Part shown: positions 7,173-15,852 of the stretch, in pieces | Layout: each line of letters opens with the position of its first letter | Numbering within the stretch: the first letter of the stretch is position 1 | Virus record (IMG/VR): IMGVR_UViG_3300037313_000916 | Coordinates: 1 to 45,934 of that record | Reading direction: 5' to 3' (one strand) | DNA: 45,934 bases | Source: a virus | Lineage: Duplodnaviria > Caudoviricetes | Notes under the pieces: generated by a model | What the model was told of the DNA's origin: nothing | The model's input: the letters and a program-made list of their open reading frames with translations, nothing else | Databases searched by the model: none | Made by a program: the position numbers and the translations under genes

Positions 7173-9710
7173 ATGGGCACTTTCGTTCAGGTCGCGGCCC
7201 CAAAGTACGTTCCGGCGGACGGTTCGGCTGGGCATTCGATGGTTCGGGTGACCGCACAGTCCGGGCCGGTGTATTACGGCCCGGACAACACGGTGACGTC
7301 GGGGACCGGGACGCTGCTGTCGCAGGGGTCGTCGGTGACGCTGTCGATCGGCCAGTGGTTTACCTCAGGGTCGACGATCGCAGTGACGCTGTTCCTTGAG
7401 GAATCTCCGGTTGAGGTGGAAAGCAGCGGCGGCGTCTCTAGCGCGCTGACGTCCATTGGTGCGCCGTTGAACGTCAGGGACCCGGCGTTCGGCGCGAAGG
7501 GCGATTGGCAGGCCAACCAGTCCCTCGACGCCTCAATGACCTCGGGGTCCAACCAGTTGACCGTGACGTCGTACCAGTTCACCGGCAGCGACGTCGGCAA
7601 GATCGCGTGCGTGAAGGGCGCCGGGGCAGCCGGAGTGCTGCTGTCCGCCACGATCACCGGTGTCTCGGCCGGCAAGGCGGTCCTGAGCGCCAGCGCATCC
7701 ACGACGGTGTCGGGCAAACGTGCGTGCTGGGGGTCCGACGACACCGCTGCCCTGAACGCCGCGTTCGCCGCAGCTGCCGTGACGGGGAACCGCAACCGTG
7801 CGGTGTACATCCCGCAGGGCTGGTATCGCTTCACTCAGCTTGTCATTCCGTCCGGGATCAAGGTCAGCACCGCCGGATGGGGCAACCATTTCGGCGTGTT
7901 CTACGGCATGCAGGTCGGCAACATCGCCGGCACCCTCCTGCAGCAGCTTGAGGGCGCCGAGAAGAACGCCGTTGTGTTCACGCCGCAGTTCACGTCGTCG
8001 ATTCCGTTCATCGGCCCTGTCGACGTTGAGCTCGGCACCCTCGAGGGACCATTCAACGGCACGACCGGCAACGGCGTCTACTGCGGCCTCGCGGACGGCA
8101 CTGCTGCCAGGCCGCAGGACGGCTTCCGGTTGCGCGACACGCATGTGATCGGGTTCCCTGAGGATGGGGTGAAGTTCCCGTTGGGGCTCGTGCCGCTGAA
8201 CGTCCGGAACCTGCGGCTGTTCTACAACCGCAACTATGGCCTCAGCGTGTATCAGGAGGTCAACGGCCAGTCGCACATGGCGCTGCTCGACGGGCTGTCC
8301 GCGGACGGCAACGGCCTCGCCGGCCTGTACTTCAACGGCATTCAGCAGCCCACCAACGCGGGGCTGGTCGTCGTCAATGGCTTCAAGGCCGAGGCGCATA
8401 GCCTGGCGCAGCAGAACAGCGTGCACGAGTGGACGGAGACGGGGTATCAGGCCGACGCGATCGTCATCGAGGACTGCACCAACCATTTCGTCATCAGCGT
8501 TGATTGCGAGTCCGCCAAGAAAGACCTGATCGCTGATCCGGGCGGCACGATCTACTACGCGCCGCATGCGTGCATCGTGGTCAAGGGGACCGTTAGCCCG
8601 TCGATCGAGTTCAACGTGTCTACCCGCCTGCTGTCTGGCGGGTCGACGGACGCGTCGCTGTGCGTCGCGATTCGCGACGAGATCAACACGGTCAGCGTCC
8701 CGAAGGAAATCAAGTCGGGGTATTACACCGGCAAGAACGCCTCGAACTACGGCGGCGACAGGCAGGTCGTTGCCGGGCCGTTCGCTCGCCGGCTGCTGAC
8801 CGACTTCGGTGATTTCGTAGCGGCACAGAACGGGTTCGAGGCACCGGGGGATCAGGTCCGTGGGCCGGTGCCGTCACGGTCGTGGTACGAGACCGACGGG
8901 CCAACGGGATCGAAGCACTGGGGCCAAGTGCTGTCCGGCGGTCAGCTCACGACACGCGCGTGGGATGACACGGGCGCCAACCCGAAGGTGGTCGTCAAGT
9001 ACGACAACGCCTCAGGCATCCCGCGTCTGTCGCTGATGGACGACGCCACCGGCAGGGTTGGGTTCTACGGCACCACCCCCGTCGCGAAGCCGACCGTTAC
9101 CGGTCTACGGAGCGGCAACCCGGGGGTCGCGGCGCTGTTGACGCAGCTCGCCGCAACCGGGCTGCTGACGGACTCCACGACCGCTGGTGTCGTTCCCGGG
9201 GATCAGGGGCAGCCCGGCGTGATCGCGGCGAGCCTGTTGACGGGCCGCACGAACCTGACGGTGTCCGCGAGCCGCTCGTACTACGCCAGGTTCGTTCCGG
9301 TCAGGGACATGACGGTCACGATCGTCGCGTTCTGTGTCGTGACCGCCGCTGGTGCTGACGACGCGTGCGACGTCGGGATCTACGACTCGACGCTCACGAG
9401 GATCGTGTCGAAGGGCGCGACAACGGGCCTGCTGAACTCGACGGGGATCAAGGCCCCGACGATCACGTCCACCCCGTTGACGGCCGGAACGGTGTACTAC
9501 GCCGGGTTTTCCGTCGGCACCCTCGGCGGCTCCGCTGCGGTGCTGTTCGGGACCGCGAACGACTCGAACAACAACATCGTCGACATTTTCGGCACCGCGA
9601 ACGGCAAGCGCGAAGCCGGGTATCTCAACTCCGGCCATCCGCTGGGTGCTGGGCCGATCACGCTCGGTGGCGGCCTGGCTGTGCCAATCCTCGCGGTCCG
9701 CGAGTCCTAG
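7173..9710 (+). CDS. tailspike/depolymerase-like appendage: shared N-module + pectate-lyase-like beta-helix + C-terminal beta-sandwich
   Basis: NVRD..FGAKGD...DDTAALNAAF...VYIPQGWY is the Pectate_lyase_3-type entry motif, followed by G/N-rich beta-helix repeats. Confidence 0.8.
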   Translation: MGTFVQVAAPKYVPADGSAGHSMVRVTAQSGPVYYGPDNTVTSGTGTLLSQGSSVTLSIGQWFTSGSTIAVTLFLEESPVEVESSGGVSSALTSIGAPLNVRDPAFGAKGDWQANQSLDASMTSGSNQLTVTSYQFTGSDVGKIACVKGAGAAGVLLSATITGVSAGKAVLSASASTTVSGKRACWGSDDTAALNAAFAAAAVTGNRNRAVYIPQGWYRFTQLVIPSGIKVSTAGWGNHFGVFYGMQVGNIAGTLLQQLEGAEKNAVVFTPQFTSSIPFIGPVDVELGTLEGPFNGTTGNGVYCGLADGTAARPQDGFRLRDTHVIGFPEDGVKFPLGLVPLNVRNLRLFYNRNYGLSVYQEVNGQSHMALLDGLSADGNGLAGLYFNGIQQPTNAGLVVVNGFKAEAHSLAQQNSVHEWTETGYQADAIVIEDCTNHFVISVDCESAKKDLIADPGGTIYYAPHACIVVKGTVSPSIEFNVSTRLLSGGSTDASLCVAIRDEINTVSVPKEIKSGYYTGKNASNYGGDRQVVAGPFARRLLTDFGDFVAAQNGFEAPGDQVRGPVPSRSWYETDGPTGSKHWGQVLSGGQLTTRAWDDTGANPKVVVKYDNASGIPRLSLMDDATGRVGFYGTTPVAKPTVTGLRSGNPGVAALLTQLAATGLLTDSTTAGVVPGDQGQPGVIAASLLTGRTNLTVSASRSYYARFVPVRDMTVTIVAFCVVTAAGADDACDVGIYDSTLTRIVSKGATTGLLNSTGIKAPTITSTPLTAGTVYYAGFSVGTLGGSAAVLFGTANDSNNNIVDIFGTANGKREAGYLNSGHPLGAGPITLGGGLAVPILAVRES

Positions 9711-9732
9711 CAGTAGCTCGTCCCCCCTCTGA

Positions 9733-9763
9733 AGCACCCCCTCAGCCCCTTAGCTGGCCCCTA
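9733..9763 (+). promoter_or_regulatory. intergenic stem-loop
   Basis: CAGCCCCT...AGGGGCTG 8-bp stem within a C-rich spacer; no U-tract. Confidence 0.35.
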
Positions 9764-9793
9764 AGAGGGGCTGGCGTGTCCCTCAGGACCCGT

Positions 9794-11911
9794 ATGCCGC
9801 AGCCCGAACCGACCGTCCCGCGCCGATTCGTCTGGGTATCGACGACCCCTACCTTCGTTCACGCCGACGGAGGGTCCGAGGTCGCCGTCCAAAGCGCCGA
9901 CAACACCGTCTACTACGGCCCGACGAATACCGTCACCACTGCCACGGGAACAGCGCTGCCCGCCGGCAACACCGTCACCCTCTCGGCCGGCAGGTGGTTT
10001 GTTGCCGCGTCCCCGTCGCGGGTCCTCGTCGATGACGCGCAGTGGGTCCCCCGCGACTCCACGCATTTCGGTGGGACGATCTCGGTCGCCCCGGTCATTG
10101 ACACTGACCCGGGCGTGCTGTTCGTCGGGGACGCCGATTACACCGCTGACGCCCAGCAGATCGGCGGGGTTGTGGTCATGGCGCCCGCCACACGGCGCAC
10201 GTTCCGGATCGCGGCATTTCAGATCAGAGCGATCGACGGCGGGACACTCAAGGTCATCAACAGCCATGCCACCGGGGTCGTTGACGTCTCCATCGATTCG
10301 GCTGTGACGCCTATCCCGCCATCGTTGCGAGCGATCGGGCCGGGCGAGGCGATCGAGGTGGACTTCCTCGGCCCTAACCAGGTGTTCGTCGATGGTGGGC
10401 ATGTCGTCATTCCGACCGTCACGCCACCGACGAACCTGTTTGCGCCGGTCATCACGTTCGATGGCACGAACTTCAACGCTACGTCGACCGGCACGTGGAC
10501 CGGTGTCGCGGCGATCGTGTCATTCCGGCGCCAGTGGCAACGAGAGACCTCTGTCGGGTCGGGCACGTTCGCTGACATCGCCGGTCAGACCGGGGTGCTG
10601 TACGTCTACAACGCTGGCACGGACGCGAACAAGAAGATCAGGGTCAAGACGTGGGCGACTGACGCGAACGGCAACGAGAGCGCGGCAGCGACCAGCAACG
10701 AGCTGACGCAGACCAGCACCGCCGTCCCGGTGAACACGGTTGCGCCGAGCATTCTACTCGCGAACGGCTCGAGTCCCGGTGCGTCGGTGACGGTCGGGAC
10801 TGGTGTGAAGGTGGATGTGGGGACGTGGACGGGTGCGACGTCGTACACCGTCGAGATGCTGAACCCGGATAACTCGGTGCCGCAGGTGTATGCGTCCCGT
10901 GGGTTCCTGACCGCCCCGGACTACCTGTACACCACGATCACGGGTGACGCGGGGTCCGTCGCTCCCTATGAGCACATCCTCGGCCGCGTGGTTGGCGTCA
11001 ACTCGGTCGGGTCGTCCGCACCGGTAGATACCGCCCAGTTGTCCGTCGTGCCTGCTGGTGGCTCCCCGCCGTCCGGTGGCACGACGTTCGCCGCGACCGT
11101 CACCGCCGACATGACCGGTGCGGGGCAGACGTACGCGGCGTCCCCGACAAACGAAACCCCGACGCCGATGAACCCCGGCTACGGGCAGGCGTACGGCCCC
11201 AGGTACGGCCTTGGGTCGAACTCGCTGACGACCAACGCAACGAACATCGTTCAGAACTGGTTCGTCCTGTTCGAGCGCGCAGCGTCTCAGGGCACCGTCG
11301 GGATCAACGGGTCGGCGTGCAAGGCGCAGGTCGCCGACCTCCAAACGTGGGTTGACGATGTCAACGTCGGATGGGTGATGGTGCAGCACGACCAGGTCCC
11401 GGTGCTCGGCCAGATGCTCGGCGCGTGGACAACGTTCACCGGGTCGACCGCGTGGCCGTCCACGGAGTGGCGTTTGCCGTCGACCGCTGATGGTGGCGGC
11501 CGCTCATTCCATCTTGGTGAGCCCGGCCGCGTCCGCTCGGACAGCGACCACGGCGTTGGGTGGTGCGCGCACAGCTACCCCGCCGCAAGAAAGCACCTGT
11601 TCGGGACGGGCGCCCCGGTACTGAACACGAACGTCAGGGGCGTCGTGACGTTCTGCTTCGCCCGCCTCGACCCTGCGGACTCCACTACGTGGTCCACAGC
11701 GAAGTACGGCTTGTGTACCGGCTGCGACCTGAACAAGGACGTCGACACCGCCGCCGGCATCAAGGGCGACATGGCGATCGGCAAAGTCAAGATCCTGGAC
11801 TCCAACTGGCGGATGTTCTCCTGCTCGGATGTGCGTAACGCAGTGCATTCGGTGAGCAGCATCGTTCCGGTCACGCCGCCCGGCTACTCCGGCACCGGGG
11901 CGTACCGATGA
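9794..11911 (+). CDS. virion appendage: shared N-module + two Ig-like domains + C-terminal globular domain
   Basis: ATG 9794 preferred because the upstream ORF extension overlaps the previous gene. Two repeats of P.N..AP.I...GTWTG...; RQWQR...DIAGQTG..Y...KIRVKTWAT is an Ig-like pattern. Confidence 0.7.
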   Translation: MPQPEPTVPRRFVWVSTTPTFVHADGGSEVAVQSADNTVYYGPTNTVTTATGTALPAGNTVTLSAGRWFVAASPSRVLVDDAQWVPRDSTHFGGTISVAPVIDTDPGVLFVGDADYTADAQQIGGVVVMAPATRRTFRIAAFQIRAIDGGTLKVINSHATGVVDVSIDSAVTPIPPSLRAIGPGEAIEVDFLGPNQVFVDGGHVVIPTVTPPTNLFAPVITFDGTNFNATSTGTWTGVAAIVSFRRQWQRETSVGSGTFADIAGQTGVLYVYNAGTDANKKIRVKTWATDANGNESAAATSNELTQTSTAVPVNTVAPSILLANGSSPGASVTVGTGVKVDVGTWTGATSYTVEMLNPDNSVPQVYASRGFLTAPDYLYTTITGDAGSVAPYEHILGRVVGVNSVGSSAPVDTAQLSVVPAGGSPPSGGTTFAATVTADMTGAGQTYAASPTNETPTPMNPGYGQAYGPRYGLGSNSLTTNATNIVQNWFVLFERAASQGTVGINGSACKAQVADLQTWVDDVNVGWVMVQHDQVPVLGQMLGAWTTFTGSTAWPSTEWRLPSTADGGGRSFHLGEPGRVRSDSDHGVGWCAHSYPAARKHLFGTGAPVLNTNVRGVVTFCFARLDPADSTTWSTAKYGLCTGCDLNKDVDTAAGIKGDMAIGKVKILDSNWRMFSCSDVRNAVHSVSSIVPVTPPGYSGTGAYR

Positions 11912-12162
11912 CCGAAGTTCTCGTGTCGCTGCCGTGGGCCGTTCTGTGTGGCGGCCTTCTTTACGCCCTCACCCGCGTGCTTGAGCACGCCCGCGTTGAG
12001 CGCGCGGAACTGTTGCAGCGCATCCAAGCCCCCGAGGTTGCGGTCGCTCAACACGTTCAGCAGACCGACAGCGGTCCCGAAGGACTCGGATGGGTTCCCC
12101 CGCATGACGACGAGCTCGCCCGTCAGAACTACATGGAGTTGATGGGTGTCTCTGCTGAGTGA
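11908..12162 (+). CDS. small membrane-anchored protein
   Basis: N-terminal hydrophobic helix; ATGA-coupled to the previous gene. Confidence 0.6.
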   Translation: MTEVLVSLPWAVLCGGLLYALTRVLEHARVERAELLQRIQAPEVAVAQHVQQTDSGPEGLGWVPPHDDELARQNYMELMGVSAE

Positions 12163-14083
12163 CGCGATCGGGGCGGTCAGCACTAAGGTGCGCGCCGAAC
12201 CCGTCCCGCCCGACGTCAAGCAGAAAGTCACATCGGGACGAACGCGGCTCCGGCAGGTCGCGCCGGAGTGCAACGAGTGCCTGGAGATGTGGCGCGGCAA
12301 GCAGTACGTGTATCGCACCTCCAGCAACACCCTGACGGCGCAGAACACGACCGTCAATCGCAGCGACGGCACCGGCCATCGGATCAGGCAGTCGCGGAAC
12401 ATGATCAAGCCGATCGTCCGGCGTGAGGTGTCAGCGGCGACGCAGCGCGTCCCATCCTATGACGTTGCGCCGTCCACGAACGATCCGCAGGACGTGTCGG
12501 CCGCGAAGATCAGCGAAAAGGTCGCGTTGTTCGGCTACGAGGACTGGGGCATTGAGGCTGCCACCAAGCGCGTCGCGACCTACGCTGTTGTGACCCCCGG
12601 TGGCGGGTTCGCGTGGCCGTACTACGACGACAACGGTGTTACCGAGGGCACCATCAAGATCCGGGTGTTCGGTCCGACGGAGGTTGCGTGGGAGCCCGGC
12701 GTCCGGTTCGACGACTCCCGCTGGTACTTCGTCGATCAGGCAATGAGTATCGACGCGGTCAAGAACATGCCCGGGTTCGACGGGCTGCCGCTGACCCCTG
12801 ACGCCGACAAGGTCGAGACGCTCGGCGATCAAAAGCGCCGCGAGTCCGATCAGAATCTTGTGCTGGTCACCGACTTTCTCGAGCGGCCATGCCCCGATTA
12901 TCCGAACGGGCGCAGGCTAACGATCGCGAATAACCGTGTGATCGTGCCGCAGGAGGACTATCCGCTCAGGGACAGTCGCGGCGAGCCGATGGACGAACCG
13001 GTGCTTCACCCGCTGTCGTATGTCACCGACCCGGAAGCGGACCGTGACCTCGCGTTGGTGCCGGATCTCCTCGACCCGCAACGTTCGTATAACAACGCGA
13101 ACAACAAGCAGCAGCAGTGGGTTGACCTTGCGATGAACCCGCAGGTCATCGTCAAGAACGGCATCCTGAAGCAGCGACTCACGGACGCGCCGGGCGCAAA
13201 GTACGACTTCGTTGGGTCCGGTGACGTCGCGTGGCGACCTGTGCCGCAGATGCCCATGGATTTGGAGGCGGTCAAGCAGCAGGCGCTTGGTGACATGCTG
13301 CGGATCGCGTCGCAGAACGACATTCCCGCCGGCCTGGACTCCGGCGAGGCGCTGCAAACGTTCATCGAGAACGACCAGAACGTTCGCCAGGACTTCCTCA
13401 AGGGCATCGCAACGTTCCACGCCCGGCTGATGCGGCACTGCCTGATCCTTGTGCAGCTTCACTTCGACACCCCAAGGTTGCTGAGAATCAATGGGGAATG
13501 GGGTCCCGATCCAATCGAGAACTTCATCGGCGCGCAGCTCCGCGACCAGTCCGACGTCAGGGTCACTACAGCCAGTATCACGCCGCTGACGCGCGAGAGC
13601 ATGGCGCAGCGCATCGTCCTGTACATGCAGCAGGGCTGGGTTGATCCGATGAAGGGCATGGCCGCGATCGAGGACGGCACCCCCGAGATCATCATCGATG
13701 ACTATGAGCGTGACAAGGCGACCGCGCATCGCGTCATTCAGATGCTCGTCACGAACCCGGAGGTGTTCCTCAACGCCCCGACCGTCCTGGGCCCGAACGG
13801 TGAGCCGGGTGTGCCGCAGTGGATGCCTCGCCCGTTCGACAACCTTCCTGTTATCGAGCATGAGTTCACGAACTGGATGAAGTCCGATCAGTATTGGCGG
13901 GCTGACCCGGTGACGCAGGAAGCCGCGAACCTGTACTACGAGGGCATCCAGATGCTGAAGGCGCAGAAGGCGCAGGCCGAAGCGCTCGCGCAGGCTCAGC
14001 AGGCTGAGCAGCTTGGTGCTGAGAACGCGACTCGGCCGCCGACCGAGAAGGTTCTGCCGTCCCAGCCGAAGCTTGGTGGCTAG
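12146..14083 (+). CDS. portal protein (podovirus/P22-like size)
   Basis: 645 aa; RNMIKPIV..EVS, ALVPDLLDPQRSYN, MNPQ.IVKNG, C-terminal Q/A-rich helix. Position before scaffold and capsid. Confidence 0.85.
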   Translation: MSLLSDAIGAVSTKVRAEPVPPDVKQKVTSGRTRLRQVAPECNECLEMWRGKQYVYRTSSNTLTAQNTTVNRSDGTGHRIRQSRNMIKPIVRREVSAATQRVPSYDVAPSTNDPQDVSAAKISEKVALFGYEDWGIEAATKRVATYAVVTPGGGFAWPYYDDNGVTEGTIKIRVFGPTEVAWEPGVRFDDSRWYFVDQAMSIDAVKNMPGFDGLPLTPDADKVETLGDQKRRESDQNLVLVTDFLERPCPDYPNGRRLTIANNRVIVPQEDYPLRDSRGEPMDEPVLHPLSYVTDPEADRDLALVPDLLDPQRSYNNANNKQQQWVDLAMNPQVIVKNGILKQRLTDAPGAKYDFVGSGDVAWRPVPQMPMDLEAVKQQALGDMLRIASQNDIPAGLDSGEALQTFIENDQNVRQDFLKGIATFHARLMRHCLILVQLHFDTPRLLRINGEWGPDPIENFIGAQLRDQSDVRVTTASITPLTRESMAQRIVLYMQQGWVDPMKGMAAIEDGTPEIIIDDYERDKATAHRVIQMLVTNPEVFLNAPTVLGPNGEPGVPQWMPRPFDNLPVIEHEFTNWMKSDQYWRADPVTQEAANLYYEGIQMLKAQKAQAEALAQAQQAEQLGAENATRPPTEKVLPSQPKLGG

Positions 14084-14230
14084 GTGGCCCAGGTCACGAT
14101 AACCGACCAGGAGCGCTCGCTTCTGGAGCGCATATGTGAGCAGCAGGGCTGGGAACGGTTGCGACTCGCGTTGATGCGCGAGTGCGAGATATGCCGCGGG
14201 CTTCGGAAGGGCTTGTGCAGCCACAGATAG
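14084..14230 (+). CDS. small Cys/His protein (48 aa)
   Basis: Not in track. GTG immediately after the portal stop; MAQVTITDQERSLL...CEIC....GLCSHR*. Confidence 0.5.
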   Translation: MAQVTITDQERSLLERICEQQGWERLRLALMRECEICRGLRKGLCSHR

Positions 14231-15084
14231 TCGCGCTGCTGTCCTACTACCAGGAGCCTGACCGCTTCCTGAGGGACTGCGTAAAGAGCCTCGCGAAGAT
14301 TGGTGTGACGAAGCTCGTCGCTCTCGATGGCGCCTATGCGCTGTACCCGGGCGCGAAAGCTTCGTCCCCGGTCAGCAACCATAGGGCGATCGAGAAGACG
14401 GCCGCCAAGGCGGGGATCGAGACGCATCATTTCGTTCCCGACGAGCCGTGGTCCGGCAACGAGGTTCACAAACGCTGGACGCTGTTCGATCTCGCCGAGG
14501 AGATCACGGACCCTACGGACTGGTGGTTCGTGGTCGACGGCGACGAAATGGTCACCCACGCCCCCGATGATCTGCCGCGAAGGCTCGCAGACACCGCGTG
14601 CGGGGCGGCTACGGCCACGCTGTGGTCCGCCGATGAAGAACAGCCCCTACGCATGTTCTTTCGCGCAGAACGCGGCCTACGACCCCGCGGGAACCATTAC
14701 ACGTACGCAACGGAGGATGGGCGCGTGTTCTGGGGCGGGTATCTCGCGGAGACCGAGCCCGCGCTAGATCTGCCGGTGAAGGTGGAACACCGGACGTTTC
14801 AACGTCCCGAATCGCGACGTTCAGCGTCTCTCGCGTTCTACGACAAGCGGGACGCGAAGGGTGCGGAGACCCACAAGTGCGCGTGGTGCGGCACCGGCAC
14901 CCAGGTAACGATCCCGTTCGGGTGGGAGCGCGTCAACGCAGGGAAGGGCGCGACCGCTCAAAGAGCCGGGGTGTGCTTGGAGCACCTTCGCCCCCGGTTG
15001 GAGGAATCAGTGAGGCAGGCCGCAGCGTTGGGATACGACGCGCTGCCTCACATGAAGTCGCTGATTCAGCACATCAGCGCCTAA
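14215..15084 (+). CDS. GT-A fold (family 2-like) glycosyltransferase
   Basis: IVALLSYYQE..FLRDCVKSL...LVALDG start, DWWFVVDGDE DxD motif, C-terminal CxxC. GGAAGG precedes GTG 14215. Confidence 0.8.
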   Translation: MQPQIVALLSYYQEPDRFLRDCVKSLAKIGVTKLVALDGAYALYPGAKASSPVSNHRAIEKTAAKAGIETHHFVPDEPWSGNEVHKRWTLFDLAEEITDPTDWWFVVDGDEMVTHAPDDLPRRLADTACGAATATLWSADEEQPLRMFFRAERGLRPRGNHYTYATEDGRVFWGGYLAETEPALDLPVKVEHRTFQRPESRRSASLAFYDKRDAKGAETHKCAWCGTGTQVTIPFGWERVNAGKGATAQRAGVCLEHLRPRLEESVRQAAALGYDALPHMKSLIQHISA

Positions 15085-15091
15085 CAAGCTT

Positions 15092-15152
15092 GGACCCATG
15101 GGGGTCCCTGCGCGGTCAGTGACCGCGACCCATCCGCCGGCACCGTCCGGCC
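15092..15152 (+). promoter_or_regulatory. three inverted repeats upstream of scaffold gene
   Basis: GGACCC-atgg-GGGTCC (15092-15107), perfect CGCGGTCA-g-TGACCGCG (15111-15127), GCCGG-N6-CCGGC. Confidence 0.45.
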
Positions 15153-15175
15153 ACATCACAGGAGACCCAGACGAG

Positions 15176-15826
15176 ATGTCTGACGACCTGACCGATCCGG
15201 CTGAAGTGCCGGTTGAGACCGCGCAGGACGCGGTCGAGCCCAACGAGCCTGTCGCGGAAGCTCCCGCCCCCTGGGGCGACGACTTCAACCCCGACCGAGC
15301 GTGGCGAACCATCACCCACCTCCGGGACCGCGAAAAGGAACTCGAGAAGCAGGCCAAGGAGTTTGAGCGCCTGCGCAACGACCCCGACGCCTTCCGAGAG
15401 TTCGTGTCCGAACTGGGCTACGAACTCCCCGAAGACGACGACGAGCCCGACACCCACGAGCAGCCCGACTTCCGGGACCCGCGCGTCGACCAGATCCTCG
15501 CAGAGCGAGACCAGGAACGACGCAACCAGCAGGTCATGGAGCAGGCCGCGAAGGACGTCACCGCCATCCAGAGCGAGATCGGACGAGATCTCACTCAGGC
15601 GGAACTAGAACGGCTCGGCAAGCTCGCGATCCCCGACGACAAGGGCATCCCTCGCGTTGCTCTTGCTTGGGCGGAGATCAAGGAGCTAGAGCTCGCGAAC
15701 CGCAAGCCGCAGAAGCCTGCGCGCCCACCGGCCACCGGCTCGCAAGGGGTCGAGAAGTTCGACATCAGAGACCCAGAGCAGCGCATCAAGCGCATGGCCG
15801 CCATTCTGGAGGCCAGCTCCGGTTGA
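15176..15826 (+). CDS. capsid scaffolding protein
   Basis: Acidic, helical, coiled-coil protein directly before the major capsid gene; AGGAG upstream. Confidence 0.75.
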   Translation: MSDDLTDPAEVPVETAQDAVEPNEPVAEAPAPWGDDFNPDRAWRTITHLRDREKELEKQAKEFERLRNDPDAFREFVSELGYELPEDDDEPDTHEQPDFRDPRVDQILAERDQERRNQQVMEQAAKDVTAIQSEIGRDLTQAELERLGKLAIPDDKGIPRVALAWAEIKELELANRKPQKPARPPATGSQGVEKFDIRDPEQRIKRMAAILEASSG

Positions 15827-15852
15827 CCCCCTCCCCCTAGAAGGACATCATC

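Noticed and set aside
9365-9793. N-terminal extensions in the ORF track (9365, 4650, 36039, 32509 and others)
   Set aside because: They overlap upstream genes; paralogue alignment, RBS or promoter position supports the later starts used here.
4824-11911. Diversity-generating retroelement or invertase shufflon as the explanation for the repeated modules
   Set aside because: No reverse transcriptase, no near-identical TR/VR pair with adenine-specific mismatches, no invertase or inverted crossover sites. The repeats are diverged protein paralogues.
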